59,753 nucleotides of DNA, taken from an uncultured Candidatus Bathyarchaeia archaeon. Its GTDB lineage: Archaea; Thermoproteota; Bathyarchaeia; Bathyarchaeales; DTEX01. The position numbers and the translations under genes were made by a program. Positions 58,352-59,753 of the stretch are shown piece after piece (within the stretch, counting starts at the first letter, position 1; each line of letters begins with the position of its first letter). Under the pieces are notes generated by a model, which was not told the origin of the DNA, searched no databases, and worked only from the letters and a program-made list of their open reading frames with translations. The stretch is from assembly GCA_964431725.1 (NCBI GenBank), contig CAYSKG010000001.1:17426-77178 (forward strand), read 5' to 3'.

Positions 58352-59488
58352 TTGAAGGAAGTTGTTGCGTTGAAAGCTAAAAAGATTGGTTTAATCGTTA
58401 ATCCTATAGCTGGTATGGGCGGTTCAGTTGGATTAAAAGGGACTGATGGAGAAAAAATATTGAGTAAGGCACTAAAGCTCGGAGCTAAACCAGTCGCGCC
58501 TTATAGAGCTGAAATCTTCCTCTCACATCTCAAATCCCTAAACGAGAAAATTGATCTTCTAGTTGGAGCTGGATTAATGGGCGAATATGAAGCAAAAAAA
58601 GCTGGATTTAAAAATATGCTGTCAATCGGACAAAGAAAAAAGAAGACAACAGCTGAAGACACTAAATTAATCGCCAGAGCTATAATGAAAAATAAAGTGG
58701 ACTTAATTGTTTTTTGCGGTGGAGATGGTACGGCAAGAGATCTTATGGATATTATTGGAATGAACTTGCCAGTTTTAGGAATTCCTAGTGGTGTTAAAAT
58801 GCATAGTGCGGTTTTCGCCATTAATCCCAAAGCTGCAGCAAATATAGTTATGCGTTTCATTGAGGAAGGATTGCCTCTAAAAGAAGCGGAAGTTATGGAT
58901 GTTGATGAAGAATCATTTAGAAGTGGACGTTTATCCGCTAAGCTATATGGTTATATGTTAGTGCCATACGAACCAGAATTAATTCAGGGAATCAAGGAAG
59001 CTAGCATTTTAACTGATAGTGAATTACGTAATCAAGCGGCAATAGCAGTTTATTTTATTGACAGAATCATGGAGCCGGATACAATATATGTTCTTGGTCC
59101 AGGGACGACAACGCGTGCAATAACGGCATTGTTGAATGAGAAGAAGACTCTCTTAGGTGTTGATCTTCTTCTTAATGGTAAAATAATCAAGCATGATGTG
59201 AATGAGGAGGAAATATTGAGGAGCATTCATAATAGGAAGGCTAAGATAGTTGTTACGCCAATAGGAGGACAAGGCTTTATCTTCGGCAGAGGGAATCAAC
59301 AGATAAGCCCAAAAGTTATCAAAGAGGTTGGTGTCGAGAATATATTGATTATAGCCACAAAACATAAACTTAAAGGTTTAAGAAAACTCAGAGTTGATAC
59401 AGGAGATTTGGAGATCGATCAAAAACTGAAGGGTTACAGAAGGGTAATAGTTGATTATGGCGAAGAACAAGTAATTCTTGTAGAATAG
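58352..59488 (+). CDS. ATP-NAD kinase-family protein (COG3199/AcoX-like)
   Basis: IGLIVNPIAGMGGSVGLKGTDG and FCGGDGTARD motifs. Confidence 0.65.
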   Translation: MKEVVALKAKKIGLIVNPIAGMGGSVGLKGTDGEKILSKALKLGAKPVAPYRAEIFLSHLKSLNEKIDLLVGAGLMGEYEAKKAGFKNMLSIGQRKKKTTAEDTKLIARAIMKNKVDLIVFCGGDGTARDLMDIIGMNLPVLGIPSGVKMHSAVFAINPKAAANIVMRFIEEGLPLKEAEVMDVDEESFRSGRLSAKLYGYMLVPYEPELIQGIKEASILTDSELRNQAAIAVYFIDRIMEPDTIYVLGPGTTTRAITALLNEKKTLLGVDLLLNGKIIKHDVNEEEILRSIHNRKAKIVVTPIGGQGFIFGRGNQQISPKVIKEVGVENILIIATKHKLKGLRKLRVDTGDLEIDQKLKGYRRVIVDYGEEQVILVE

Positions 59489-59753
59489 TTTTCTTATAAG
59501 AACCAAAAATTAAACCATCTTTCAACAGAACTAAAAAGCATTTTTTCTTTTTTAAAATGGACATTTTTAATAACCCAAAATTAAACCTTCCTATTTTCTA
59601 ACTAAAAAGAATTCCTTACATATTCTTCTAAAAAATCAACTACGAGTCTATTTTACTAGAGTCAACTTTTATTTTTTCATCAGACAAAATTTAAGTCCAA
59701 AAATATTTGAAAATTTTTCTTGATTGGTTTTGTTTAGGAGATGGTTGGTATCA

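Noticed and set aside
59502-59620. Imperfect direct repeat (AACCAAAAATTAAACC...AACTAAAAAG versus AACCCAAAATTAAACC...AACTAAAAAG, period about 72 nt), considered as a mini-CRISPR or att site.
   Set aside because: There are only two degenerate, low-complexity AT-rich copies. No cas genes, integrase or tRNA lie nearby, and the window ends here.
1-59753. Search for tRNA, rRNA, RNase P/SRP RNA, CRISPR arrays, integrases and transposases.
   Set aside because: All intergenic regions are short (at most about 320 bp, apart from the GH remnant) and AT-rich. They lack GC-rich structured segments or cloverleaf-like stems. No periodic repeat arrays and no recombinase-like ORFs were seen.

Overview
AT-rich archaeal chromosomal segment, gene-dense on both strands. 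The archaeal origin is supported by uL3-uL4-uL23-uL2, eS24, eS31 (S27ae), Rpo7/RpoE', Spt4, Hjc, Trm1, archaeal-type TyrRS, eukaryote-like MetRS and FtsZ. The combination looks TACK/Bathyarchaeia-like, but that lineage guess is inference only.

Most of the window is housekeeping:
- Translation: tyrS, metG, four large-subunit r-proteins, S24e/S27ae, Trm1, an MtaB-like methylthiotransferase.
- Transcription: rpo7, spt4.
- Division: ftsZ.
- Cofactor and nucleotide metabolism: nadE, nadC, purA, cofE, a mobA-like gene, a DUF359 dephospho-CoA kinase.
- Amino-acid metabolism: leuB-like, leuCD-like, proBA, aminotransferases.
- Repair: nfi, hjc.
- A sprinkling of glycan-related genes: GH38 mannosidase, DUF2961/GH172, a GH53-like remnant.

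I found no rRNA, tRNA, CRISPR array, integrase or transposase, and no convincing novel multi-gene system.

Four things stand out:
1. An unusually high density of disrupted accessory genes. These are a UPF0016/GDT1 transporter, an ornithine-cyclodeaminase/alanine-dehydrogenase homolog, a URO-D-like gene, a GH53-like remnant and a wHTH-nuclease with an in-frame TGA. Lesions are partly at homopolymers, but also include nonsense substitutions and a deletion.
2. A ThiF/UbaA-type E1-like gene with an extra, unassigned C-terminal domain, paired with a JAMM/MPN+ protease. A GG-ending MoaD/SAMP-like gene lies 10 kb away.
3. An unannotated 55-codon ribbon-helix-helix ORF whose 3' end overlaps the ftsZ start.
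4. A small cluster of wHTH and PD-(D/E)xK/Hjc nuclease genes with palindromic intergenic motifs.

All product calls come from motif recognition by eye. No searches were run.
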